Origin: Promethearchaeota archaeon | Lineage (GTDB): Archaea; Asgardarchaeota; Thorarchaeia; Thorarchaeales; Thorarchaeaceae | Assembly (NCBI GenBank): GCA_014728035.1 | Contig: WJMJ01000080.1 | Location: 1 to 49,871 of the forward strand | DNA: 49,871 nt | Direction: 5' to 3' | Shown here: positions 21,165-30,650 of the stretch, piece by piece | Layout of the letters: each line of letters opens with the position of its first letter | Numbering within the stretch: position 1 is the stretch's first letter | Translations under genes and position numbers: made by a program | The notes under the pieces: generated by a model | What the model was told of the DNA's origin: nothing | The model's input: the letters and a program-made list of their open reading frames with translations, nothing else | Databases searched by the model: none

Positions 21165-23345
21165 TTACTCCCAAGCTTCATTGCTTTTGGGCAGAGTTTC
21201 TATAGGTGGTTCTTCATTGATATATTCGTTAACTACTTCCAGAACCGTTGGAAAGTCTATTCCCAACTCCTTGATCTTATCGTGTGTAGGAACTCCATTT
21301 CGAGTCCAACCACGTCGTTTGTACGCAGCGTCAGTAAGAAGACGATACTGTTCTTCACGATAATCTCGAAGTTTTTCACGTTTCTGAGTGGTGGTCATTC
21401 CAGAGATTTCAATTCCAAGTTTTTCTACCAATTGCTTATCATATCGTTCCTGTCTGCTCTCATATTCCCAATCAGTCACTGGTCCAACACTTCGATATGG
21501 AATAAATGAGTCATGAGCTCTGAGCCCCTTACCTTGACGGATGTTGAATATTCTCTGAAAATTATAGACCTTCTCAGACATTGTTATCAAGTCATCAGGA
21601 GACGTTTCTCTACCAGTCATAGCTTGGAAAAAGTCTGCGTAGAATCTGAGGTGTTTTGGCACCTTTGCGGGTTCATCAGTTTCCTTGTTGTCAGCTGGAA
21701 CGACATCATTCCATGGTAGCTTACAGAGACCGTTAAGTCCAAACCAAGTTCGCCACATTGGGAACCAATAGAGGGCTTCTGCTTTGTCTTCAAAAGTGGG
21801 CATGTAATTGTGAACCATGTCCAAGAAGATGAGCCATGCTTCATCATGCTGTGGTCCCTTGAGAGTAAGACCATACCCTCCCTGTTGTGCAAGACTCTCT
21901 TTGGTAACGTATTCGCTATATTCGAGACCTTTGTGCTCCATTCCTATGTCCTGCATGAGCTCTTTATCGACATCAAATTTTTCTGAGAAGTATCCTTTGA
22001 GATATCGGATACCTTTACCAAAGTGAACTCCGAATCCTTTTCCAGCAGCAATCTCATGAAGAACAGCTAGTGCTTCCTCGGCAGCTCCCCAAGTCAGTTT
22101 ATGACCACCTGTGGCTTTTTCATCAATTTGGCCTCCCTCAAATAGCTCCATAACGAATGCCATGGTGGTTCCGAAACTTATAGTATCCAACCCATAGGTG
22201 TCACAGTAGAAGTTGAACTCACCGACGTAAAGAGGATCAAATACTCCAATGTTCGAACCACAGCCAGCAATAGTTTCGTATTCAGGTCCATCAACAGTTA
22301 CTACTTGACCCTTGAATGGTCCTGTTCGTGGCTTAAAACCTTCCATGCAATGAGAACAATTTATCGCGCAAGCTGACCAGCAACCGTCCCAACCTTTACC
22401 AGTGTTTGTGAATAGTTTCTCCCACACATCACCATAGAGATTTTTTGCTTCAGGGTCACTTCCTGTTCTGAAGTTGCGAGTTGGGAGTAGGTCAAACTCA
22501 TCCATGATTGAAGGCAGGTGACCTGTTCCAATCACTCTCATTCTATTCTGTTTTTCATCAAGCTGTAAAATCTCTCTGGAGTGCTTTCTTGCTACTTGTT
22601 TCAATGCATCAAGGTCAGCAGGATTGTTATTCCCCAGTTTGAGTTTTGAGTACTTACCGACAATAGCTTTAATTTTTTTGTCTCGGAATACTGAACCAAT
22701 ACCTCCACGACCAGCTTGTTTGTATCTAGTTTCGCCTCTACGCATATCGAACCATGAAAAGTTCAAACAACCCATATATGCATGATCAGCTCCAGGTCCT
22801 GCTGTCACAACAGAGATATCTCGTCCTTTGTTACTCGTGTATTTTTCAGTCAGAATCTTGGTGATTTCATGAGCGTATTCCGGTAAATCGCTTGCATCAT
22901 GAATCTCGATTTTTCCTTCGTCACCATCAATGTAAATATAGACCTCTTTGTCTGCTTTTCCTTGAATCTCCATTGCATCGAAGCCTGCAAATTTGAGATA
23001 TGGCCCAAAGTATCCACCTACATTGCTATCAATTGGAATACCCGTTTCTGGAGAAATTGCTGTAACGATTGATTTTCCAGCACCTGGATAATTCGTTACC
23101 CCTCCAAGAGGCCCACAGGCAATGCATATCTCATTCTCGGGGTCATCCCATTTTACAACTCTGTCTATTGGGAGACTATTCCACATAAGCCAGAGATCAA
23201 ACCCCTTACCACCAGTAAATGTTTCTCGCATCTTCTGGTCAACAGGTTTGATTGTTATCTCATTGGTTCCTACATTGACATAGAGTGTCTGATTAGCATA
23301 TCCACGTTCTATCTCAGGAACATCGTATTTGAATTCTGTAATCAA
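21165..23345 (-). CDS. aor: Tungsten-containing aldehyde:ferredoxin oxidoreductase family protein
   Basis: SPETG...DSNVGG, QAGRGGIG, CWSACAINC, DGPEYET, CDTYGLDTIS, YKRRGW...GVP. Confidence 0.9.
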   Translation of the reverse strand: MITEFKYDVPEIERGYANQTLYVNVGTNEITIKPVDQKMRETFTGGKGFDLWLMWNSLPIDRVVKWDDPENEICIACGPLGGVTNYPGAGKSIVTAISPETGIPIDSNVGGYFGPYLKFAGFDAMEIQGKADKEVYIYIDGDEGKIEIHDASDLPEYAHEITKILTEKYTSNKGRDISVVTAGPGADHAYMGCLNFSWFDMRRGETRYKQAGRGGIGSVFRDKKIKAIVGKYSKLKLGNNNPADLDALKQVARKHSREILQLDEKQNRMRVIGTGHLPSIMDEFDLLPTRNFRTGSDPEAKNLYGDVWEKLFTNTGKGWDGCWSACAINCSHCMEGFKPRTGPFKGQVVTVDGPEYETIAGCGSNIGVFDPLYVGEFNFYCDTYGLDTISFGTTMAFVMELFEGGQIDEKATGGHKLTWGAAEEALAVLHEIAAGKGFGVHFGKGIRYLKGYFSEKFDVDKELMQDIGMEHKGLEYSEYVTKESLAQQGGYGLTLKGPQHDEAWLIFLDMVHNYMPTFEDKAEALYWFPMWRTWFGLNGLCKLPWNDVVPADNKETDEPAKVPKHLRFYADFFQAMTGRETSPDDLITMSEKVYNFQRIFNIRQGKGLRAHDSFIPYRSVGPVTDWEYESRQERYDKQLVEKLGIEISGMTTTQKREKLRDYREEQYRLLTDAAYKRRGWTRNGVPTHDKIKELGIDFPTVLEVVNEYINEEPPIETLPKSNEAWE

Positions 23346-23527
23346 TCGAACTCACCGTCCGAAGACTATACTCTGAAGGGAGTCTTCTACACTGAGATTC
23401 AACCCAGTAACCTCACATTTGAGTCTTACCTCACCGACATGTTTCATTGTACATATTGTTTTTGTATAATAGCGTAGAATAAAGTAATTAAACAGTCTTG
23501 CTACACAATAGCTGAGGCATCTTGTGA

Positions 23528-25105
23528 ATGAACGAACAAACACGGATATCTCCAAAGGCAAGAACTTGTGCAGTTGTTTTGTTCTTGATTATAGCGCTCT
23601 ATGCTCCATCCGTTGTTCTCATCCAAAGCCAAGCTCTCAATAATAGTAAGTTTCAAGCCTCCACAGAGCTAGATTACATTGTTAACAAATTCGAAACAAA
23701 TCTTACCTATCTTTTCTCACTGGTTGAATCATTACATCTATCATCAATATCTCACGAAAACTATTCAGACCTTGCTTTACACTTCAATACGACTGCTCCT
23801 TCATTATACAATAGAAGCGAACACATTAGAGTAATTACTGTTGCTCCAAATGGCACTCAATTGTATGTTTATCCTCTTGAAGGAAATGAGGGTGTATTAG
23901 GGCATAATCTTCTTGAAGATGACAATCCATCTGTTGTCGCTGATGTTCAATTGGCATTGGAAACTGATGACATCGTTGTTAGTGTACCTTACGAACTAAG
24001 GCAAGGTGGTATAGGAATAGTTGGTAGAAAATCAGTCTTTGTCAATTCAACTTGGTGGGGTTTTGTAACAATTATAGTTGATTTTGTAGATATTATCGAA
24101 GAAAGTTTACTCTCAGTGGTGGAGTCTTCGTATTATACATGTCTGAAGGATAAAAACGGTCAACTCGTTGCTGGCACCAATGATATCTTCTTGGAAGACT
24201 CTTTGGTCTTTTCTTTCAATATATTTAACCAACCCTTTTCAATTGCATTCTATCCAATTAGAGGTTGGCTGGATTATGTCTTGCCTAGTATAGTCTTATC
24301 GCATATTGGTATTCTTACTATTGTCTTTCTAACTACAGGGATATCTTGGCTTACATTTAACAAACAAGAAGAACTAACCGTTCTAGTTGATAAACGAACT
24401 GAAGAACTTGAGAGAGCCAATATTGGTTTGAAGAAGGAAATAGAAGATCGAAAACGAATTGAAGAAAATCTTAGGGCTCAAAAAGAAGAGCTGAGTCAAT
24501 TTGCACATACATTATCACATGATCTTAAAGGGCGTTTTCATAACATTCTGGGTTATGCAGAACTGTTAGAGGATGAATATGATCAGAAATATGTTGATAG
24601 AATATCTCAACAAGTTAAACGAATGCAATTAATAGTTGAAAAGTCCGTTGAACTTGCGGATGCTGGTCTGGTCATTGATGAGAAAAAGAAATATTCTCTG
24701 AGAAGCTTGGTTCTTCAAGTAAAAGAAATTATTAGTCTTGGAGAAGTTGAGTTAGTAGTCCAAGATTTGCCTTCAGTTTACTGTGATGGACCGCGATTAA
24801 TACAAGCTCTTCAAAATATTATTGATAATGCAATAATTCACGGGAATGCGGATACTATTACAATTTTCTCTGAACCGAAACAAGAACATGTTGATTTAAT
24901 AATTGAAAATGATGGGAAAACAATACCTCCGGATATTCTACCACAAATCTTTGAAAGGGGTTTTTCCACCAAAAAGGGACATCAGGGAATCGGTTTGGTT
25001 ATCATCCATAAGATCATACAAGCTCATGGATGGCGGATTACTATTGAATCTGAAGATATTCTTGTATATAGAATTTCTATTCCAAACTCAGATATTGCAT
25101 CTTAG
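23528..25105 (+). CDS. Membrane CHASE-domain sensor histidine kinase
   Basis: Two TM helices flanking a CHASE-like region (VYPLEGNEGVLGHNL, PYELRQGGIG), SHDLKG, QNIIDNA, NDG, GIGL. Confidence 0.85.
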   Translation: MNEQTRISPKARTCAVVLFLIIALYAPSVVLIQSQALNNSKFQASTELDYIVNKFETNLTYLFSLVESLHLSSISHENYSDLALHFNTTAPSLYNRSEHIRVITVAPNGTQLYVYPLEGNEGVLGHNLLEDDNPSVVADVQLALETDDIVVSVPYELRQGGIGIVGRKSVFVNSTWWGFVTIIVDFVDIIEESLLSVVESSYYTCLKDKNGQLVAGTNDIFLEDSLVFSFNIFNQPFSIAFYPIRGWLDYVLPSIVLSHIGILTIVFLTTGISWLTFNKQEELTVLVDKRTEELERANIGLKKEIEDRKRIEENLRAQKEELSQFAHTLSHDLKGRFHNILGYAELLEDEYDQKYVDRISQQVKRMQLIVEKSVELADAGLVIDEKKKYSLRSLVLQVKEIISLGEVELVVQDLPSVYCDGPRLIQALQNIIDNAIIHGNADTITIFSEPKQEHVDLIIENDGKTIPPDILPQIFERGFSTKKGHQGIGLVIIHKIIQAHGWRITIESEDILVYRISIPNSDIAS

Positions 25106-25120
25106 AAAATTTAATTTGAA

Positions 25121-26215
25121 TTAGAAGTCAACCATGAATTGTTCATCAGATTTCCAAGTGTGGGCTTCTTCATCAAATGCTTCTGCCCATAAGGCGTAGA
25201 CCTCGCTCATGTGATAATCAACCATTGTCACATCTAATTTATAGACGGTTTCACGGAGATTGTTGAGTAATGAAGATAGATGACTTGGGGGTAGTCTCAA
25301 GTACCAGAATGAGAAGTCATCGTTGACTTTCAAGGTAGACCTGAATGGTGGAGGATTGTTGAGCAATGATTTTCTAAGACTCTCGCCAAATGATTCCTCA
25401 CAGTTAATGGATAAAATCACGTTGCTATAGAGGTCAAATGCATCCGGATCAATGAATACATGATATCCCATGATGAAATTATCTCGAAGCATCTGAAGTC
25501 TTCGAGAGAAGTCCTGAGAAGTAAATTCTATTCCTTCTTTCTTCAGAGCTCGAATGATATCCACATTTTTTCTTCTTGATCCTCTTGCGAGATGTGATAA
25601 TATCATGATATCTTCTTGACTAAGTAATTCAGTTCGCTCTGTATCAGATTGCGAAAATCCATTCTTTCTTCCTTTTGAGGAGAAGGTAAACCATTCATCC
25701 CAATCGAAGTTCCAAGTGAATGTCTTACTGTCCCAATGTTGTAGTCTTGATGTGGAAAATGCTGGTTCAGTATCAAGAGTAGGAAGAATCTCATACTCAG
25801 CACTAAGAAGTTTACAGTATTTTTGCAGACTCTGATCAATCAGTTTTACCGTTCCAATTGGTATTCTGAATTGAGCGAATAAGCCTGAATTACCACCATA
25901 GCAACGGGCTCGGTATTTTGTATAGGGATGTTTATCACAGAGAGTTTCCAGCTGTTTAATCTCAGGAAAACTGTCTGATCTGAAGAAGACATCAACTGTT
26001 TCAAGTCCTAAAGCAGTTTCGTCTAATTCAGGTGCTACTCGAAAGTAACTCTTCTTACTATCCTTGCTCTCACCAGCTAACCATTTGAGATTCTGTGAGA
26101 CCGTGGTTCTTGAATAACCAACCTTCTCAGCAAGTTTCTCTACTGTTTCCATGGGAGCCTCTTGCAAAGCAAGTAGTAAGCTAAGATGCTTTCCAGTAAG
26201 TCTTTGAGTCATCAC
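25121..26215 (-). CDS. Tandem winged-HTH Lrp/AsnC-like transcriptional regulator
   Basis: N-terminal HTH (LAEKVGYSRTTVSQNL) and a second wHTH (LSQEDIMILSHL...FSRRLQML), each followed by a RAM-like region. Confidence 0.65.
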   Translation of the reverse strand: MMTQRLTGKHLSLLLALQEAPMETVEKLAEKVGYSRTTVSQNLKWLAGESKDSKKSYFRVAPELDETALGLETVDVFFRSDSFPEIKQLETLCDKHPYTKYRARCYGGNSGLFAQFRIPIGTVKLIDQSLQKYCKLLSAEYEILPTLDTEPAFSTSRLQHWDSKTFTWNFDWDEWFTFSSKGRKNGFSQSDTERTELLSQEDIMILSHLARGSRRKNVDIIRALKKEGIEFTSQDFSRRLQMLRDNFIMGYHVFIDPDAFDLYSNVILSINCEESFGESLRKSLLNNPPPFRSTLKVNDDFSFWYLRLPPSHLSSLLNNLRETVYKLDVTMVDYHMSEVYALWAEAFDEEAHTWKSDEQFMVDF

Positions 26216-26273
26216 TCATTAATTCCCTCATATAATCAAATTTGTGCAAATTCTTTGTGAGTTAATTCTTTCT

Positions 26274-26747
26274 CTACCACACAGCAATTTTGATGTGTGG
26301 GTCTCCAGGGCCTGTACCTGTTGGTGGGTCAAAATCATAGAGCGTTGTAGAATAGGCATTTCCTGTGTAGCCATTCGTGAAAACGTCAACTTTAACATTG
26401 TACCAACCTGGTTCAGTTGCGGTATTAAACCAGGACAAACCAAGATGTATCTCTTTGAATTGTCCGATAATCGTTACCAAGCTGATATGGTACGTGCCAG
26501 AAGGAAGAGTGAGTGTGACATAGCAGTCCGACTTTTTCGGCTTAAGTTGTCCCGGTGGGACCTTCAATGATATCTCAATATACACATCATCTTCGACACC
26601 ATCAGCATCTAAGTCATAGTAATATGCATGATCGACAGCAACGTCCAAGGGATGTGGTTCTGATGCAGCAGATACAGGAACTGCAACAAAGAGCATCATC
26701 ATTGTAGCGAGAATTAGTAGGATGCCTGTTCTCTTTCTCGATGGCAT
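26274..26747 (-). CDS. Small secreted protein with a DxDxDG loop
   Basis: Signal peptide from MPSRKRTG (ATG 26747); DLDADGVEDD motif; beta-rich. Confidence 0.65.
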   Translation of the reverse strand: MPSRKRTGILLILATMMMLFVAVPVSAASEPHPLDVAVDHAYYYDLDADGVEDDVYIEISLKVPPGQLKPKKSDCYVTLTLPSGTYHISLVTIIGQFKEIHLGLSWFNTATEPGWYNVKVDVFTNGYTGNAYSTTLYDFDPPTGTGPGDPHIKIAVW

Positions 26748-26811
26748 AATGATTGGAAATTGCAATTTTCTCTTATAAATATGTTGCATTTTCCCTGTTT
26801 AATATTCTGAT

Positions 26812-27600
26812 TCATTCACTATTAGGTGCCTTGAAGTATGCATAATAAGAGACTGGATTTGAATACCCCAGTTTCTTAGCTAGGGCTATGGACGGTTCAT
26901 TAGCTGCGTCCCAATGAGGGACAATATTGTGTTCAAGAGCATCTATTATCATTTCTGCACATGCAACAGTTGCAAGACCTTTCTGTCTGAAGTCTTTTTT
27001 ATTAAGAGTTATTACTTGAATTTCAAATTCATTGATGTATGGGAAAGCTGGATATGCGATACTTGCTAGTTCTTCTTTAAATGTAATAGATTTTCCAAAT
27101 TTATCTTTCAAGAAGTTCTTCCTACTTCCAAAAAGCTTCTCTATCGAATCAAGATATCCTGATGGTATTTCATCTAAATGACGATTTTGGATTGGACCAA
27201 TATTGAATCCTGATGGCAATTCTTCTCTCAGTTTTCTTAGATGGTCAAGACTCAGAGAGGTTTCATCTAACCGAGTTCTTTTGTGAGGAATGGTTCTCTC
27301 CCCCCATATTGTGGAGATTTGTTTTGACCATTTTTCAGTTGGTATAAAGACAAATTGAAGTGGTTGCACTTTTCTAAGAAATTCGATGGCTGTACTGGTA
27401 TCGGGATTTCCCGCTACAAAATGCACTGGGTCGAGACTGAAGATACCTGTTGTTGGATTGTTAATAGAATCTACAAATAGATGACCTATTTCAAGTCTTA
27501 ATCCTTGAAACAATATTGCACGGTTATTGATGTGTTTTTTGAAAAGTGAAATGTATTGTTTTCTATCTATTCGATCTTCAATCAGAATCGTTTTTATCAC
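26812..27600 (-). CDS. GNAT family acetyltransferase
   Basis: FRQKGLAT acetyl-CoA motif; WDAANEPSIALAKKLGY. Confidence 0.85.
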   Translation of the reverse strand: MIKTILIEDRIDRKQYISLFKKHINNRAILFQGLRLEIGHLFVDSINNPTTGIFSLDPVHFVAGNPDTSTAIEFLRKVQPLQFVFIPTEKWSKQISTIWGERTIPHKRTRLDETSLSLDHLRKLREELPSGFNIGPIQNRHLDEIPSGYLDSIEKLFGSRKNFLKDKFGKSITFKEELASIAYPAFPYINEFEIQVITLNKKDFRQKGLATVACAEMIIDALEHNIVPHWDAANEPSIALAKKLGYSNPVSYYAYFKAPNSE

Positions 27601-27934
27601 ACTCAGTAATTCCGATTATATTTGAGTGAAAAAGGTTGCTAAATGAATTATGCAATAAAAAGCGTTACTTGTCAGGGAAAACCAACAAATTAACGAAAAT
27701 GTTCGAAATTCGACATGAAAAGCGATTTTTGTTCTGATTATGTGAATGGTTCAATCCGAAACTATTTTTTACGATATAGTTAGAGATATAATCTAAAAAA
27801 CATTGCATTCCACACTCTGTAACGCAGATTTAGACCTAATTCATGAACTGGCAATGAAATTGAATTGGATATTCAATCGTGATTTCGTGTCAGAGGCCAG
27901 GTCTAAAAAAGATATCATACTGCGATAAGGTGAA

Positions 27935-28441
27935 ATGGGAATGACACAAAAAGCTCACACTCCATCATCTAGTTTCGCAAAAGAGGTAGCAGAAGCTCCT
28001 GGTGGCGAGGCCATCAACAAGTGCGTCCAATGCGGAATCTGCACTGCTAGCTGTGCTGTTGCATCTGTCTCTGACAAGTACAGACCGCGAAAACTGATTC
28101 AGAAAATTCTGATCGGAAAACGCGAGGAGGTACTTAAGAGTGAAGTGCCATGGCTCTGCATGACCTGTAGAATGTGCGAAGAAAGATGTCAAGAGGGCGT
28201 TAGCCCAGCTGAAATTTTCCAAGCTGTCAGACATATTGCGGCAAAAGAAGGACACATACCTGATGCTTTCAGAAACACCGTTGATACACTCCTCGATGAT
28301 GGCTGGTTGCTTAAGGATGCCTATTCCGACTTCATTGAAGATGACCGAGATGACCTCGGACTAGACATGGAGCTTGGATGGAATAATGACTTTATGAAAA
28401 AAGTCAAAGCGAAGTATTTTGAGGGAGAAACAGAAGCATGA
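27935..28441 (+). CDS. hdrC: Heterodisulfide reductase subunit C
   Basis: CVQCGICTASC and WLCMTCRMCEERC 2x[4Fe-4S] motifs; first gene of operon; AGGTGA SD. Confidence 0.9.
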   Translation: MGMTQKAHTPSSSFAKEVAEAPGGEAINKCVQCGICTASCAVASVSDKYRPRKLIQKILIGKREEVLKSEVPWLCMTCRMCEERCQEGVSPAEIFQAVRHIAAKEGHIPDAFRNTVDTLLDDGWLLKDAYSDFIEDDRDDLGLDMELGWNNDFMKKVKAKYFEGETEA

Positions 28442-29316
28442 AGGAATATCTCCTATATACTGGTTGTACAACTCCAGTTAGATTACCTAATTATGAAGCC
28501 TCAGTTAAAGCTACATTAGAGAAACTGGGGATTAAGATTTGTGATTTCAAAGATGTAACATGTTGCGGAGCTCAATTTGTGGAGTCTCTTAACAAACGTG
28601 CCTTTGCAGCAATGAGTGGCAGAATATTAGCTCTTGCTGAAAAACAAGGAAAAGACATTCTAGCAATCTGTGGTGCCTGTAATGGTTCTCTAAAACATAT
28701 CAAGCATGAACTTGATCACGATAAAGAACTACGTGATGAGATAAATGAGTTACTGAAAGATGAAGGTCTCGAATATACCGGAAATGTTCAGGTCCGTCAT
28801 CTTCTGCAAGTTCTTCGCGATGATATTGGATATGAGAAAATCAAAGAAGCCACTGTTAAGCCACTCAGTGGTGTTAGATTATCAGCTCATTACGGTTGCC
28901 ATGTAACTAGACCACATGAGATTATGCAAGTTGACGATCCAGAAAATCCACGCTCTATCGATGATATAATCGAAGCAATTGGAGGAATAGCTGTTGACTA
29001 TGCTGGAAAAACTCGTTGTTGTGGAGGTCCCATGCTTGCTATGGATGAAGAATTAGCGGGCAAGATTGGAATGGAAAAGATTCTCAATGTCAAAGCAGCT
29101 TCTTCTGAAGGTATTGTCACTGCATGCGTATTCTGTGACATACAACTCACTCAAGTTCAGTTTGGAGGTAATATGTCATCTGAAGATAGATTACCAATCA
29201 TAACTGTACCACAATTACTTGGTTATGTATTAGGAATTGAAGAAGAATTACTTGGTTTCGACTTGAACAAGATTAGTCCAAGCCAGATTCTCGAAAAAGC
29301 TCAGGAGGTCAAATAA
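28438..29316 (+). CDS. hdrB: Heterodisulfide reductase subunit B
   Basis: Two CCG domains: YTGC, TCCGA, ICGAC; HYGCH, RCCGG, ACVFC. Confidence 0.92.
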   Translation: MKEYLLYTGCTTPVRLPNYEASVKATLEKLGIKICDFKDVTCCGAQFVESLNKRAFAAMSGRILALAEKQGKDILAICGACNGSLKHIKHELDHDKELRDEINELLKDEGLEYTGNVQVRHLLQVLRDDIGYEKIKEATVKPLSGVRLSAHYGCHVTRPHEIMQVDDPENPRSIDDIIEAIGGIAVDYAGKTRCCGGPMLAMDEELAGKIGMEKILNVKAASSEGIVTACVFCDIQLTQVQFGGNMSSEDRLPIITVPQLLGYVLGIEEELLGFDLNKISPSQILEKAQEVK

Positions 29317-30650
29317 TGACTGTTGATACAAGTTCGTCTTCTGACTCGAAACACAAACCAACTGCTAGTGCTCTTGTTATCGGTGGCGGAGTCGCTGGGA
29401 TGCAAGCAGCTCTTGATATTGCTGCACAAGGCTACAAAGTATACCTTGTGGAAAAGACCTCCTCGATTGGTGGTAGAATGGCTGCGATCGACAAGACTTT
29501 TCCAACTCTTGATTGTTCAGCGTGTATCCTTACTCCCAAACTTAGTGAAGTATCTCGCCATCCGAATATTGAGATTCTTACATATTCTGAGGTGAAGGGT
29601 GTAACAGGAAAAACTGGTGACTTTAAAGTAAAAGTCTACCGAAAAGCACGATACGTTCATGAAGACCGATGTTCTGGATGCGGAGATTGTGCAGCTGAGT
29701 GCCCTGTTGAAGTGCCAAATTATTTTGATGAATACATTGGTTTCAGAAAAGCAATCTACATGCCCTTCCCCCAGGCTACACCAGCAGTATATACTATTGA
29801 TATGGAAACCTGTATTGAATGCAAACGATGTGCAAAAGTTTGTGAGCGAGATGCTATTGACTATGAAATGCAAGACTCAGAGGTTGAACTCAATGTCGGT
29901 GCAATTGTCGTTGCTACCGGGTACAAATTATTTGATGTTTCGGAATATCCCCGTCTCGGTTACACTAAATATGATAATGTCATCAATGCAATGGAATATG
30001 AACGTCTCATCAATGCAGCGGGACCAACCCATGGTCATCTAATCAGACTGAGTGACGGAAAGATGCCCAAGAATATTGGTTTTGTCCAATGCGTTGGTGC
30101 TCGTGATGTTAACAAGGGTGTTCCATATTGTTCTCGAGTTTGCTGCATGTACGGAATTAAGAATGCTGTGATGGCAAAAGAACACGACCCGGATATTGAT
30201 GTATCAATATACTATGCTGATATCCGAGCATTTGGTAAAGGTTTTGAAGAATTCTATAATATGGCAAAGACTCGTTTCGAAGTGAATTTTGTTCGTGGAA
30301 GAGTAGCCGAGGTTGTTGAAGATCCGAAAACACGAGACCTAATCGTTCGTGTTGAAGATACTGAGACTGGAGAATTCAAAGAAGTTCGTCATGACTTACT
30401 GATTCTTTCACCTGGAATTCAACCTCCAGAAGGAATGAGTGAGATGGCCGAAAATATTGGGATTGATGTTAACGAAGACGGTTATATCTCCGTTGAGCAT
30501 GCCCTTACTGCTCCCGTTGACACAAAGATTCCTGGAATCTATGTATGCGGCTGTGCTGACGGCCCCAAAGATATTCCAGATAGTGTTGCAGCTGGAAGTG
30601 CAGCAGCAATGCGAGCGACAATCGTCCTATCAAAGGAGGGTAAAGAATAA
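29316..30650 (+). CDS. hdrA: HdrA-like flavoprotein 1 (FAD domain plus inserted ferredoxin; no N-terminal Fe-S domain or C-terminal ferredoxin)
   Basis: GGGVAG, TFPTLDCSACIL, CSGCGDCAAECP, CIECKRCAKVC, CVGARD...CSRVCCMYGIK, GPKDIP. Confidence 0.9.
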   Translation: MTVDTSSSSDSKHKPTASALVIGGGVAGMQAALDIAAQGYKVYLVEKTSSIGGRMAAIDKTFPTLDCSACILTPKLSEVSRHPNIEILTYSEVKGVTGKTGDFKVKVYRKARYVHEDRCSGCGDCAAECPVEVPNYFDEYIGFRKAIYMPFPQATPAVYTIDMETCIECKRCAKVCERDAIDYEMQDSEVELNVGAIVVATGYKLFDVSEYPRLGYTKYDNVINAMEYERLINAAGPTHGHLIRLSDGKMPKNIGFVQCVGARDVNKGVPYCSRVCCMYGIKNAVMAKEHDPDIDVSIYYADIRAFGKGFEEFYNMAKTRFEVNFVRGRVAEVVEDPKTRDLIVRVEDTETGEFKEVRHDLLILSPGIQPPEGMSEMAENIGIDVNEDGYISVEHALTAPVDTKIPGIYVCGCADGPKDIPDSVAAGSAAAMRATIVLSKEGKE

